A DNA stretch of 64,000 bases from Marsupella aquatica (Eukaryota > Plantae > Marchantiophyta), in contig OZ316891.1 in assembly GCA_973895155.1 (NCBI GenBank), positions 11,902,771 to 11,966,770 of the forward strand, written 5' to 3'. The translations under genes and the position numbers were made by a program. Below are positions 38,857 through 50,972 of this stretch, one piece after another. Each line of letters begins with the position of its first letter. Position 1 is the stretch's first letter. The notes beneath the pieces were generated by a model. The model ran no database searches and was not told the origin of the DNA. It saw nothing but the letters and a program-made list of their open reading frames with translations.

Positions 38857-39925
38857 GGAAAGTCCAATGATAGAAGAATGGGAAAGTCCAATGGTGAGAG
38901 AATGAAAAAGTCCGATGCTGGGAGAATGAGAAAGTCCGATGGTGAGATAATGGAAAAGTCCAAAGCAATCAAAATGGGATATGCATTGGAGTGGACGCAG
39001 CAGGCTCAGGTCACCCATCTCTTCTTTTAGATTTCAACTTTCATTTTGAAACTACTAGCGAGGTGCCCAATCATCTCCCTTCACATTCAAGTCTTCATTC
39101 CTCAACTAATTGGTCACCCATCCTGGTTGCTATTCCTCCACAACAAGAGCTTAACTTTGTGGTTCTTATTTCTTACATTGTACATGCAAGCTTAGCACTT
39201 TTAATGTTTGACTGAGAGTGTTTGGGGATTTTTTACACTTCTAAATTTATTAAAACCCATAGTTTGGACCCATTCTTGATGCATTTTTCTCTATGATGAC
39301 ATTTGATTTTTGCATTGGGTGACCTATTCCAGTTACCTTGTTACATTTCCGCAACCAATAGAAATTTGGGTTCAATCGTGGATAGTAAAGTCCTCATTTA
39401 TTGGATTTGATATGGGATAATTATGGCTTATTAGCTATGGAAGTCAGATATTTTGGTCCTGTCAAAGCCTTAGCGTCAAGGGCTCACAATTGTCTCATAT
39501 TTCATAAACTATGTTGTTGTTGAACTTGCAACAAAGACCACATGGGACAAGGCAATCTCCTTTTAGATGATCTACTTTGGACTTTGTATGTTGAGCACAT
39601 ATTGTTAGAATGGGCCAATATGTTGGGGTCTTGGCAGGAGGCAAAAACAACATTCAAGTCCATTAGCCTCAAGTATGAAGTCATTCATGCATGCAAGAAT
39701 GATTGTAACTATCATCTTTTAAGAAGAGTATGTTGATGCAATTACATGCCCCACCTAACAGAGTCAGAACTCGTCATTCTAACACAATCAGATTTGTCTT
39801 TTTGCCATATTGACCAGATTTTCCCATTCTCCCAGGATCAGACTTTCTCATTCTTTCAACATTGGACTTTCTCATTCTTTCAACATCGGACTTTCCCATT
39901 CTCCCAGCATCGGACTTTGCCATGT
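38857..39925 (+). mobile_element. CACTA (En/Spm) deletion relic with inverted 24-bp subterminal arrays
   Basis: GGAAAGTCCAATG..AGAATG x5 (38857-38965) and its reverse complement x4-5 (~39820-39922). Between them SWQEAKTTFKSISLKYEVIHACKNDC (39620-39708) resembles the IHACxNDC motif of CACTA TnpD transposases. True termini not found. Confidence 0.65.
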
Positions 39926-41231
39926 TACCACAATTGGATATGACATCCATTCTTTTTAACTATGGAACTTTTCCAATCAATATTGTAACGCACATCATTT
40001 CCGTTACAAAAAACATCGAACATATCAATCAAAGTTTTGTTGAGGGATCCGATGTGTTTTGTAACAGATATGATCCATTTTTTAACGCATCGGAAAGGTT
40101 CTATTGTTAATTATATCAGAATGGAAAATATCTGAAACCAAGAGCATGGCATATTGCCATTTTGTAATAATGGGAATTTCAGATTCTAAAAGAATTGGAC
40201 ACCGATTGTCTGAGCATAAAAAATTAGCTTAGTATGTACCAATGTAAGAACCTTATGTGCTTACCTCAAAGCTTGCCTCAAAGTCAAATTGAGAATGTCA
40301 AAGGGTGAAGATGCACATTTAAAATCTTTCGTAGCTTCGCAGCGGCAAAGTACTCAAAGCACTCCTTGTAACAAGAGTAACGCTCGCTGAAAAATAGGAT
40401 TCATTAACAAATACTCCCAAAATATACTCAAGTAGTTCTATAGTAATAAATGAGTCAAAACACTATTTATAACAAGGACAATGGTCTCTGAACATAGTAT
40501 TTCAAAACAATGCTTATGCAAAACAAAATTTCCTTTAGCTCCGCAATGACGTCATTACTACAATCCTAGTAACAAGAGCAATGCTCTATTAAAATACAAG
40601 ATTCTCTAACAACATCTTTGGAAGTTATATAGTCATTTTCCATAAGATCAATGCCCTTGAATCTTAAGAAAGTGTGTAGAAAAATGAAAATTGAGCTTGT
40701 TTGGGCATTAGATTTGCCCCCTAGCCTCCTTGGTGGGAATTGTTTCTTTGTTTCATGGATCATTGTGCTGCTTTCTTCTTCCCCTTTTGCGGAGCTTATA
40801 AACACAATTTTTTTTTGAGGAAATTAAGTTCACGTGATTTTATATCATTGGGCAAAATTACTTGAGGCAGTATGAGTAAAATGTGAAGCACTCAATCTAT
40901 TGAAAGTTTCATAAACCATGAAGGCCAGTTAAAGTATTTATATAAGGACCTAAATGTACTTTATATTTGTCTTTTTTATGAAAGTCTAAAAAATGGTTAG
41001 AGTAACTGGATGGTGGGGAAAGAGTATTGGGAGAATGGAGCAAAACTCCCAATTAAAGTTGACAAAGTATCTTTCTCAAAAGTGGTGACAGGGTAGTGAC
41101 ATGGAAAATCTTTGGACAAAAGTGAAAATTTGGTCATTTATAGTGTACTTTATGGACAAAAATGTAAACAATAGTATCCATGGCGCGTATTTTTATGTTT
41201 TAGCCCAGTCTATCCAAGTTTCATTTATCCA

Positions 41232-42503
41232 TTAGCTCAATACCTGTGCGTTGCACAAAAGATATCGTGAAGAAAAAAGATGTTGTGTCGCCCAAGATGC
41301 CGTTAAAAGGAAGATGTCATGGCGCCCAAGATGTTGTTAAGAAAAGAGAGGTCATGGTGCCCAAGATGTCATGTCACCCAAAATGTCACTAAGAAAAAAA
41401 GTGTCGTGGCGCCCAAGATGTCGTTAAGAGAAAATATGTTGTGTTTCTCAAGATGTCATTATGTGAAGGATGTCATGAAGTAAAAAGATGTCGTGTTGCC
41501 CCAGATGTCGTGAAGTAAATAGATGTCATTATACCAAAGGTATTGTTAAGTACAAAATGGTCAATAAGTAAAGTATCGTTAGGCAAAAATGTTCAGAAGT
41601 AAAAGATGTTGTTAAGTACATCTTGGGCCCAATACCTGTGCTTCGCACAAAAGATGTTGAGGTGAGAAAAAATGTCAAGGTGAAAAAAGATATCAATGAG
41701 AGACGAACATGTCGAGTTGAGAAAAGTTTGTCAAGGAGAGAAAAGATGTTGAGGTGAGAAAAATATGTCAAGATGAGGAAAATATGTTGAGGAGAGAAAG
41801 AATGTTGAGGGTGAGCAAAAGATGTCATGGTGAGATAAAGATGGCAAGGTGAGAAAAAGATGGTAAAATGAGAAAAACATAATATATATGTCAAAGTGAA
41901 AAAAGATCTCAAGATGAGGAAAATATATCAAGATGAGAAAAGATCTCATGGTGAGGAAAAGATGTCAAGATAAAAAAAAGATCTTGAAATGAGAAAAAAT
42001 GTCTTGGTGAAGTAAAGATGTCAACGTAGAAAAAAGATGGTGAAATGAGAAAAAGATGTCACTTGAGGCAAAGAAAACATGTTGAGGAGAGATTTATATG
42101 TAAATATTAGAAAATATGACTTGTGAAGGCGAGAAAAGATGTCAAGACACAACAAACATTAATAAACTTTATGATGGAGTTGTTTAGGCATGTTATGTGT
42201 AATCTCGACCATACAATAGTTGTGGTCATGTTATTTCACCCGTGTGTTGCATATAGAAATTAGAGACACGAGATATGACCAGCACATCATAGAGGATAAA
42301 ACACAATTGAGTGACAGGATAATCTGTGTTTAAAAAAATTGAGAAAAAGAAATATTTTCAATATATTTTATTAATATTCAAAATTATTTCAAATTTCAAA
42401 ATTTTTAGTATTATTTGCATATGAATAAAATTCAATTAGTTTTCAATTAAGTATTTCATTGTGACAGGTATGGGAAAGCTAAAGTGTAGCTTGTATGGAT
42501 AGA
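41232..42503 (-). mobile_element. Probable non-autonomous Helitron with an internal ~20-bp minisatellite
   Basis: On the minus strand the 3' end is hairpin TGTGCAACGCACA, then GGTATTGAG, then CTAA|T. Candidate 5' end A|TCTATCCATAC at 42503. A second hairpin end lies at ~41622-41650. AAAGATGTC-rich array at 41260-42150. Confidence 0.55.
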
Positions 42504-43638
42504 TTTGATGGTGTGAAGAAATTAATATTTTGATGAACGATCAAGATTGATTCTCACTTTTTTTTAGTTTGTAAAAGGACAGTCCCTATTATAATGGTGC
42601 ATTGTAAAGGGAGATCTCCTTGATACTCGTGCATTGCCAGAGTCCCTCTCCATTTACTTTGTATTATTAGATTCCTTTCTGCTTGGAAAAAGTGCAGTCC
42701 AATTTCACTCACACTATATTAAATTTTCTTTTTGTTTTCTTTTTGTTTTTGGTTAGATCTTTCCTTTTTGGGGGGGGGGGGGGGGGGCAACTGCAAATTT
42801 GAAAGACTACCACACTATAAAAAGGCGCAAATTGTTTATTATAGAAGTTAATGGGGCTTCATGGACAACCTATCTGTCAATTGGTGCTTTAAGTTCCGAG
42901 TTGCTCTAGGTGAAATGATACAAAGAAAAACAAAGGGAAAAAATAATATCTAATATTGATCAGTAAGTATTAGATGCGTCCCACATGTTTTCCCTCATAC
43001 TAGACCTTTGACACATTTGCTAGTTTGAACAACTCCCTCACAAAATAGTGAAAAAGAATTCACTACCTGTTGGGATTTGGTTTATGCTGAATCCATTTTG
43101 TTTAGAGGGTTGGGAGGATGCCTAAAACCATCTAATTGATGGGGAGAGTTGTTCATGGTGACTTGGTAAGTCCAACAAATTTAGAGTTTAGCAAAACTTT
43201 CTTGTGTGTTCCCATGTATTTAGCCCTTGTTAAGGTAAACCACACATATGTTGTCTAAACTATTTGTGTGTTCGTCCAATATTGCATGTGTGCAGCTCTC
43301 TGAATATTTTTAGCTTACTCACCAAGCCTCACACAATATTTAGACAGTAGCCACACATTGGGAAACTAGCACAATTGCCCTTAGGGGGAATATTCGCTCT
43401 TACTTAATTCCCTTAGTGATTTCTCTCTTCATAATTTAGGTGCTTCATGGACAAGAGTGCACAGTCCATATGTGGATATCCAGGCATTCTCAAACTTTTG
43501 ACTACATTTACCAAAAATATTAAAAATGAACAATTTCTTTGGCCGTCTGTGTATTGAAGCCCTCTTACAACAGCATTATGGACAATAATAGTATCTCAAT
43601 ACTCAAGCTCTCAGTTTGGGGGCATTATGGCACACAAT

Positions 43639-43938
43639 GGGTCATTGTAGCGTGCGAGTAAACAGTAAAAATTTTCCTTGCATGAGCAAAAAGTTTACTC
43701 ACATGACCCCTAATTTTTCTATATGCAATTGTCTCGCTAACAGTAAACTGCTTGATAACATCTATTTTGGGGACTCCTCTTTTTGCTAGCGATCTCGCTA
43801 GCCATCTGGAGTCATAAAAAACACACAGAAAATAGAAAAGGCAGCAAAAAACAAAATAAATTTAAAACCACAAGGGTCTCGCTAACAATACTCCCTTTGC
43901 TAACAAAACTCCTGTTTGCTCGCATTATAGAATACCTT
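43639..43938. mobile_element. Mutator-like MITE family B, copy 3, reverse orientation
   Basis: GGGTCATTGTAGCGTGCGAGTAAACAG ... CTGTTTGCTCGCATTATAGAATACCTT. Perfect 9-bp TSD GCACACAAT at 43630-43638 and 43939-43947. Confidence 0.85.
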
Positions 43939-45465
43939 GCACACAATGCCTTGTAAGCCAAGCAGGATTTTACTGGTATGTAGAAAGTGTGGGCGGAGAG
44001 AAAGAAAGAGCCAAGAGAAAGAGAAGATTGGAAAGAGAACGCACCCCACTCACCCAAAGAGAAGCCTAATACCATAGCCTGGAAGACACGAGAACGAGAG
44101 GGATTCTTTCACTTTATGGAATGAAGTGTAATTTTTAAGGCAACTACGAATGAGACGGCTTCGGCAGGAGCAGCATTTGTTTTCCTCCCTTTCTTCCTTC
44201 CTCCTCGAATCACCGTCTTTCACGCTCTCGTAGAGTACATATACTGTCTTGACAACATCACATTCAGTGCAAAAGAAACATTACAGCAATCTAATCGACT
44301 GAATTAAATTGCTCTAAGTCTGTTACTCTGTTTAGTCTCCTGAATCTACACTGGAGTACATTGGATCGCCTTCCTCCACAGCTCAAGAGAGTACCGTAGT
44401 TATCTCTGGTGCTGTTGCATCACCATACAGTACGAAGGGACTTCTAAACTGCTCGACTAATTGGGTCAGTAATTGGATCGCCTTCGTCCACTCTCCAGTA
44501 GTGTAGTAGTGTTGTTGTGGCAATTCCAGACATAGACAGCCCAACAACTCGACTGACTCACTCACTCACTCCCCGGTCACTTTAGTTTGGTTGCATGAGC
44601 AACGGGTCTTTGTTTTGATGCATCGTAGTTAGGCTCTTCGGGGCCGAAACCATAATTCCTGGCTTCCTCCTCCCTTCACCTCATTTCCCTAATTCCCCCC
44701 CCCCCCCCCTGCCTTTTGTAGTCTGTTCCTCCCTCGTCCTTTCCAGGTTTGAGATTGGCATTTGAAGCGTAAAGAACAAATTCGATTCCTCTGGGTGCTA
44801 CTTTATATGATCTTGCTTTGCTTTTCTTGTTGCCCGCCCTGAGTGATTTGATCAAAGCAGACTGCCTACCTTGCCGCCCTTCTACGGCAGCCCCATGAGG
44901 GTATAGGTGTGTCTGTGTGTGTGTTTGAGAGACACACGAAAATTGAGCGTTTCGATCATCTCTGTTAACTCAAGATTGCACTCTCATCTTGCTTGTCAGT
45001 CGCAGACCAACTCCTTCCTTCCGTTCCCTTCCCCTCCATCAGTCCTGTTGAGGGGTTGTCTTGTTCTCTCCTCCCTCAGTCTTTCAATTTCTCTAACTTG
45101 GATTGAATTCTTAGGCCGAGAGCTCTCTTTATGTTCTTCGGTTGAATCTGCTGCTTTGCGTATTCATTCATCCATTATTTATTCTCTCAGTTTGCATTGC
45201 GCATGTTTCCTCTAGGTTGTTGTCTCCTGCTTCTAGATTGCCCATCATCTGGAATACAAATCTGGCATCAGTTCGGGGGGCCATAGGGACGACGTGAATT
45301 GTGGTTGTGGTTTCGAGCAGGCAAGGGGGAATTTGTGGCCGTTCGAGCGAGAAGAAGAATCGCGTTGGATCGACTACAGCAGTGTAGTCGCTCAGTGTTC
45401 TCCTGTCGTTTGTTCCTTCCCTGCAAGCAAAATCTGCCAACCTGTCTCGACCTTCGTCTGCTTCA

Positions 45466-47478
45466 ATGCCGACCAATAAGATGGTGATTAGAGTCCGGAG
45501 CCGGGACGGATTGGAGCGGGTGACAGTGGATTCGTCTTTCACTGTTGCCAAATTGCAGCAGGCCATTGAGGAGCAACTGCAGGTGCCCGTTGGCAGCCAA
45601 CTGCTATCACAAAGCCAGGGCTTACTGCTGGCGAAGGAGGCGGATTTGGCAGGCCAGTTCGGCGACATGAGGAATCCCTCGGCCACTCTTGCATCGTTGG
45701 GAGTAGCAAACGGATCGATGCTGTTTCTGTCTTACAGCGGTGAGAGGGTTGTGGCTGGGCCCGCAGTGACTCCAGCAGGGTTGTTCGGCAGGAAGATGAC
45801 CATGGATGATCTGATAGCAAGGCAGATGAGGATTGAGAGGCAGGAGAAGCCCCACTGCACATCCCTATCGTTTGATAGAGGGGCCGCTAATGAGTTTCAG
45901 CATTATGTGCACGAGAGCCTGGCTTTTTCGGTGAAACGAGGAGGGTTCATGTATGGCACTGTAACTGAGGAAGGAGAAGTTCTGGTGGAGTTCATTTATG
46001 AGCCACCCCAGCATGGATCTGAAGAGACCCTCCTCTTGCTTAGAGACCCAGAGGAAGAGAAGCGTGTGGATACCATAGCCTTAGGGTTAGGGACGAGGAA
46101 AGTAGGGTTTATCTTCACTCAGACTGTAAGCCAGAATAAAAGGGATTATACTCTGTCAACGTCAGAGATTAAACAAGCAGCCGCGTTGCATGCGGAGAGT
46201 GAATCTCTGCACTGGGCCACGGCTATTGTGAAGTTGGAGGTAAATGAGGACGGAGGGGCGGATGTTCATTTTGAGGCATTTCAATTGAGTGATCAGTGTG
46301 TGAAGCTGTGGAAGGATGGCTGGTTCGTCGAGGACGTGGGCGATCTTGATCCTAAGCTCTCTCGGATGAATAAAGAGGTGGTGATTTTAGGGAAGGACAC
46401 TCGGGAGGTCGACAACGACTTCTTTCTCGTCTTAGTCAAGATTTTAGATCATCAGGTACCTTTCGAATTGCATCGTCGTTTTTGGTACCTCCTTCTCGAG
46501 CCTTCCCGTCGGATCCTTGCTGTAGTTTCGAATTGCTTTTCTAGATCATTATGAACTCAGTTTGCTTTCAAGTCGATTGTGAGGATCTCCCTTGGGCAAA
46601 GCGACTGTATGCTATTCATATACAAGTCTGGTTGATTTTTACAACTTACAGCTTTGTGTGTATGATAGAGTTTCCTGTCCGAGTTAGTGTTGGAGAGAGG
46701 CGAGACGATATGTTTCCTTTCGATAGAGCAACAACTGTAGTTGGTTTCTTCATATTCGCTGAACTGGGATGGACATCCCACCATCCATCATCAAAATGCA
46801 GAATTCGGGGATCATTGCTACAATGTCAATTTTTATTTTACTGTAAAGTTCTGTTCGGAATCCTAGTCTTTGATTGCGACGGATCCTTTCTGACAAATTA
46901 TGGTTCCACTCCTAAGGATTGCAATAGAACTGTCTTCTTCTGGGGGTTTAGCTGCTTGGCAAATGATCAATTTGGAGCGAATTATGTGCAAAGTAGTCAG
47001 CTAAAACGATGTGCTGCATTATCTATTCCGAATATAGCTTTTAAATTCTCTCCAGAATAACTGAAAATGTGGAGGTTTTTCTCGATTGTTCCGATTCTAC
47101 TTTGTATGGGGTGAAAGTTTACGGTTTTTTCTCTACTGAAAGTGAAACGTCAATGTCGTACCCGTTGCTTGCAGGAAATATGAATTAGGTGCTGACGAGA
47201 GAATTCTTTGTTGTGAACTGCAGGGAACGTTGTCAAGCTCATTCCCCATTGGAAATCGCGTTCCTCCTACATCGATTCAAATGCTGAAGCCACACCTCGA
47301 CAAAAACAAGCATCTTCCCTACGTCAAGAGAATATCAGACTTTCATTTGCTATTGCTGCTGTCAAACTATTTTGATTTGAACACTGATGTTCCTCAACTA
47401 GCTGAGGCCGTCCGACTTCAAAGTCCTGTATCTGATGGATATCAGTTGATCATTGAATCCCTTGCCAGCAATTACTAG
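45466..47478 (+). CDS. NPL4: NPL4-like protein (CDC48/p97-UFD1 cofactor)
   Basis: Exon 1 45466 (or ATG 45481) to 46455 (DHQ|gtacc); exon 2 47224-47478 (cag|GTLSSSFPIGNR...RISDFHLLL...TAG). Motifs IRVRSRDGLERV, FGRKMTMDDLIARQ, AFSVKRGGFMYG, FIYEPPQ, DVHFEAFQLSD, EVDNDFFLV match plant NPL4-like proteins. Confidence 0.93.
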
Positions 47479-48364
47479 ATGGTGCTATCACTCTGGTTGT
47501 AGACTGAAGCAAGGGGTGCCTCTTCTCAGCAGCATGTCCGTGACTCCCTCAGAAGGAAGACGATTCTGAGATTCCTGTGAACAAGGAAGTGGCTGCAGGG
47601 TCAAATGCCTCAGGAAGTGGTAGTCAATCTTGATGTTCATTTTGTAAATTGTGTATTCCGTTAAACTTTCAAATTTCTCCTTCGAGAGTGAAAGTCACTG
47701 AAATCATCTCTCTACTTGGATGACTGTTCCCGGTTTTTTGTCCCCTGAGTCCTTGATATATATGAGGAGATTAAACCTAGTTGCAAGGATGTGACACTCG
47801 TTTATGACATTATCTAGTAGATAGGAAAATTCAGAACACAACCGTGTACAGAACAGTAGGACCAATGTTCAAGGCAAGTTTTGTAGTCAAAGATGAGACG
47901 CAAACATCTTCGAATGCAGCTAATTCAAATCCACATTCAATTCAATGACAAATATTTAATTTCAGACATGGTTCGGCCGCTCAGATTACGCACATTCTCC
48001 ACCGGATACTCTGGATTGTGATCCACATTCTATAATGATGAAAAATATTGAAATGTCCCCAAGCTGTGAAGGGACTCTGGTTATACTCTTGTTGAAACCC
48101 TTCTTAAGTTACTATTGTAAGCCTCGTGGCATGCATGCTTCCAATAAGTCATAAACTTCAATTCCCTTCAGTCTCGACCGCTCTAAAAAGCTTGTGTATT
48201 GCTGTAGTTGCCGCTTAAGTGTGTGCCTTTCACTGTACGACTGCCAATGGAAAACTAATTTCCATGAATCTATTAGGAATATCCTAAGTATTTCTCGTAA
48301 AACACTGCCTTATCAATGTTTAAGTCGCCTTTGAGATATAGTGAACAAAACTGGAGAAAAAATG

Positions 48365-48595
48365 AAAAGCACTAGGATATAGTGTGGAAATATATATCAC
48401 ACTGTCAACAAGACATCAAAATGAAAAGACATCAAAATGAAAAGCTCTAGGATATAGTTTGGAAATATATATCACACTGCCAAAAAGACACAAATGCCAA
48501 AAGCTCTAGGATATAGTTTGGAAATATATATCACACTGCCAAAAAGATTGGAAATATATATCACACTGCCAAAAAGACACAAATGCCAAACTAGG
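48365..48595. repeat. Tandem repeat, ~59-bp unit, about 4 copies (some partial)
   Basis: CTAGGATATAGTTTGGAAATATATATCACACTGCCAAAAAGA is repeated. Confidence 0.9.
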
Positions 48596-48779
48596 AGACA
48601 TGATCATGATCCTGTTGGCAAAAAAACCCATAAATTGGGAAGGGAAAAGATCCCAAGAAGACAGAGAGGCCCAACAAAGTCAAGGAGTAACCCAGAAAAA
48701 CCATAACACAAAGAAGCAAACAACAAACAAAAAAATCATATTGGGTGGTAAACTGAAAAGCCTGGTAAAACTCTAGAGT

Positions 48780-49147
48780 AAATCACATAGGAGGGTCACA
48801 GAGGGGAATCTGCCTAGAGGCCTTATAACCTACTGCCTTAGTCCTATGAAGAATAGTCAAAGCCTGGGCCCTCTGAAGTGCCAGATACCCTCTGTCGGAA
48901 GAAGGCCGTGAGGACAGAAACAAGGGGGAAAAGGTCTCCGCTCAATACAAAACACAGCGCAAGCCCGAAGGAAGTGGTCAAAACGAGGGTGAAGAGCACC
49001 AACTACCTCAAGGGCAAAGGGGTAGAAAAGATCCCCCGGGGAACGGATAGCATAGGCCTCCTCCTTGAGCCGAGCTGTCTTGGCGGCAGCATGTCCAGGA
49101 ACATTGTGAAATGAACTTGGCATTGCAATTCCTGTGCGCCAAGGCAA
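48780..49147 (-). mobile_element. 5'-truncated CRE-like (RLE) non-LTR retrotransposon fragment
   Basis: PGHAAAKTARLKEEAYAIRSPGDLFYPFALEVVGALHPRFDHFLRACA shows the same RLE motif pattern as 8250-8370. Confidence 0.65.
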
Positions 49148-50345
49148 GCTAGAGTCAGGAGGGTCGGCTTCTAGAGAGAAGCGTCTAGACCGTGACTCTA
49201 GGGCCCCACCAAAGTGTGCATGTAAAGAAGATGAATGATTGTTTTCTTATTTCATTAATATATTTCAAGAATGAGAATAATGAATATATTTTGTTACATT
49301 TTATTGTATTCTACTATACTCACGTTCAAAGAATGGGTAATGGGGCTAGTTAGAGTATGTTATACTAGGTAGATTTTATCTATGGCACTTCAGCAGAGGG
49401 TTTAGGGTTTATCAGTGCCTTCGGTCCACCAGTGTCAACAGTGAAAATCAGTCCATGGGAATAAGTTAGAGACTTTCAGGAAAGTGACCACAATTCAAAA
49501 ATTCAATGATATTGAGCTGACCCATATGAGTCAGAGACCTTCAGGAAAGTGACCAAATTTGAGAATCCAATGATGTTGAGCTGACCCATGACAGGTGTCA
49601 TGACCCATCTCAAACCAAAGACCCCATGGATAAAGTTTACATGAAAGTTGGGTTTTGGTCAGGGTAGCAGACTGACCTTTTATTTTTGTGGGCTTTGGCA
49701 TCAAGGGTCTCAAATTCAATTTAATTAAGAAATCCTCCTTGATTTCTCTTGTAAATGTGAATGTGGAATCCTACTAGAGTGGTTGGACAGGGCAATTAAT
49801 TTTACTTTTAATGCACCAACTACAAGCTAGAGTTGGGGCCTACAATAGACTTCTAGAGTAGAAGACTCTAGACAATAACTCCATGGCTCATCATGTGGGT
49901 GAGAAAACTCACGACCATGATATATGTCAAATGATAAGCATGTGTGCTTTTTGTCATGATTTCTATTTACATTAAAAATGGTCTTTATGACCACCATAAC
50001 ATATGTACATAGAAAGAGGAAGTGCATAGAAAATAGTATGGTATGTTATAAATGACTATTAAAATGATTACATGCATTGATGATTTTTTTTAATCATTTC
50101 ATTAACCTTCAAAGAATGTGAATAAGGAATATATTTTGGTGACATTTTTATTGTTCTCTCCACTATTCACATTCAAGGAAAGGGTAGTCAGGGCTAGTTA
50201 AACTAATACCAAATGGAAACTAGAGTTGGGATCTAGTCTTCTAGAGTGAAAACTCTAGACCGAGACTCTAGGGCCCTTTCAAAATTTATGTGAATGGAAA
50301 GAAGAATGAAATATCATTTATGTCAAAATGATAATGATATCATGC
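49148..50345. repeat. Locally triplicated degenerate unit with an internal ~65-bp tandem duplication
   Basis: CTAGAGT...TTCTAGAG...TCTAGAC..GACTC at ~49150, 49826 and 50220. AGAGAC.TTCAGGAAAGTGACCA...GAGCTGACCCAT occurs twice at 49468-49590. Confidence 0.65.
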
Positions 50346-50644
50346 ATGATAATTTTGGGTCATCAATTTTGGTATCTTGAGAGCTGTGTGGGTTGCTGAC
50401 CTCCAGAAATCAAGGCCACGGTCTTGCTTTTTGGGCATAAGCAAGGGGGGGGGGGGGGGGGTGTTGGACTTTGAGAGGTGTGGTAGATCTGTAGAGGCAG
50501 GGGAAGATCTGCTGCTCTTAGTGCAAAAGCCCAGGCAAAAAAGTGTGGTTGCCAACTTGATGAAGCGCACATTTTGAGTTTGTATCCCGCACCGAGCAGT
50601 CTCGGCCCAACTAAAATTCCCCATCTACGAAAGTTTGAAACGCC

Positions 50645-50972
50645 AACCAATTGGCTTAGGTCAATTGGCTAGGGGATTTTCCTGGAACTGAGAGGTCCCA
50701 GGTTCAATCCCCCCTCCACACACTGGGGTGTGGAGGGTATATGTGTGTGGGTGAGATGGGTGTTGTGGGTAGTGAATTGGAGTTCTGATTATCTGCTCGG
50801 TCCCTGGTCGTCCACTTTGTGACCTGATTTAATCCTCTCTCCTTCCTAGTGCAAGTCCATGTCGGATCTGTTGGGGCTCACCCTGGTCTGGGTTCCCTAT
50901 AAAAAAACTGTCACATTGGGATGAGGGGAGTCTAATTGTATTTCCTCCCCATTTCCATTCAAGACAAAAAAA
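50645..50972 (+). mobile_element. tRNA-derived SINE, copy 2
   Basis: Starts AACCAATTGGC. A-box-like TGGCTTAGGTCAATTGG, B-box GGTTCAATCC, A-tail. Perfect 16-bp TSD GAAAGTTTGAAACGCC at 50629-50644 and 50973-50988. Confidence 0.88.

Noticed and set aside
41260-42150. CRISPR-like appearance of short repeats here and at 38857 and 48365
   Set aside because: Degenerate head-to-tail units without unique spacers, no cas genes, plant nuclear context.
46456-47060. NPL4 ORF run-on and the 169-aa ORF at 46551-47060
   Set aside because: Inside the NPL4 intron (46456-47223); no recognisable protein features.
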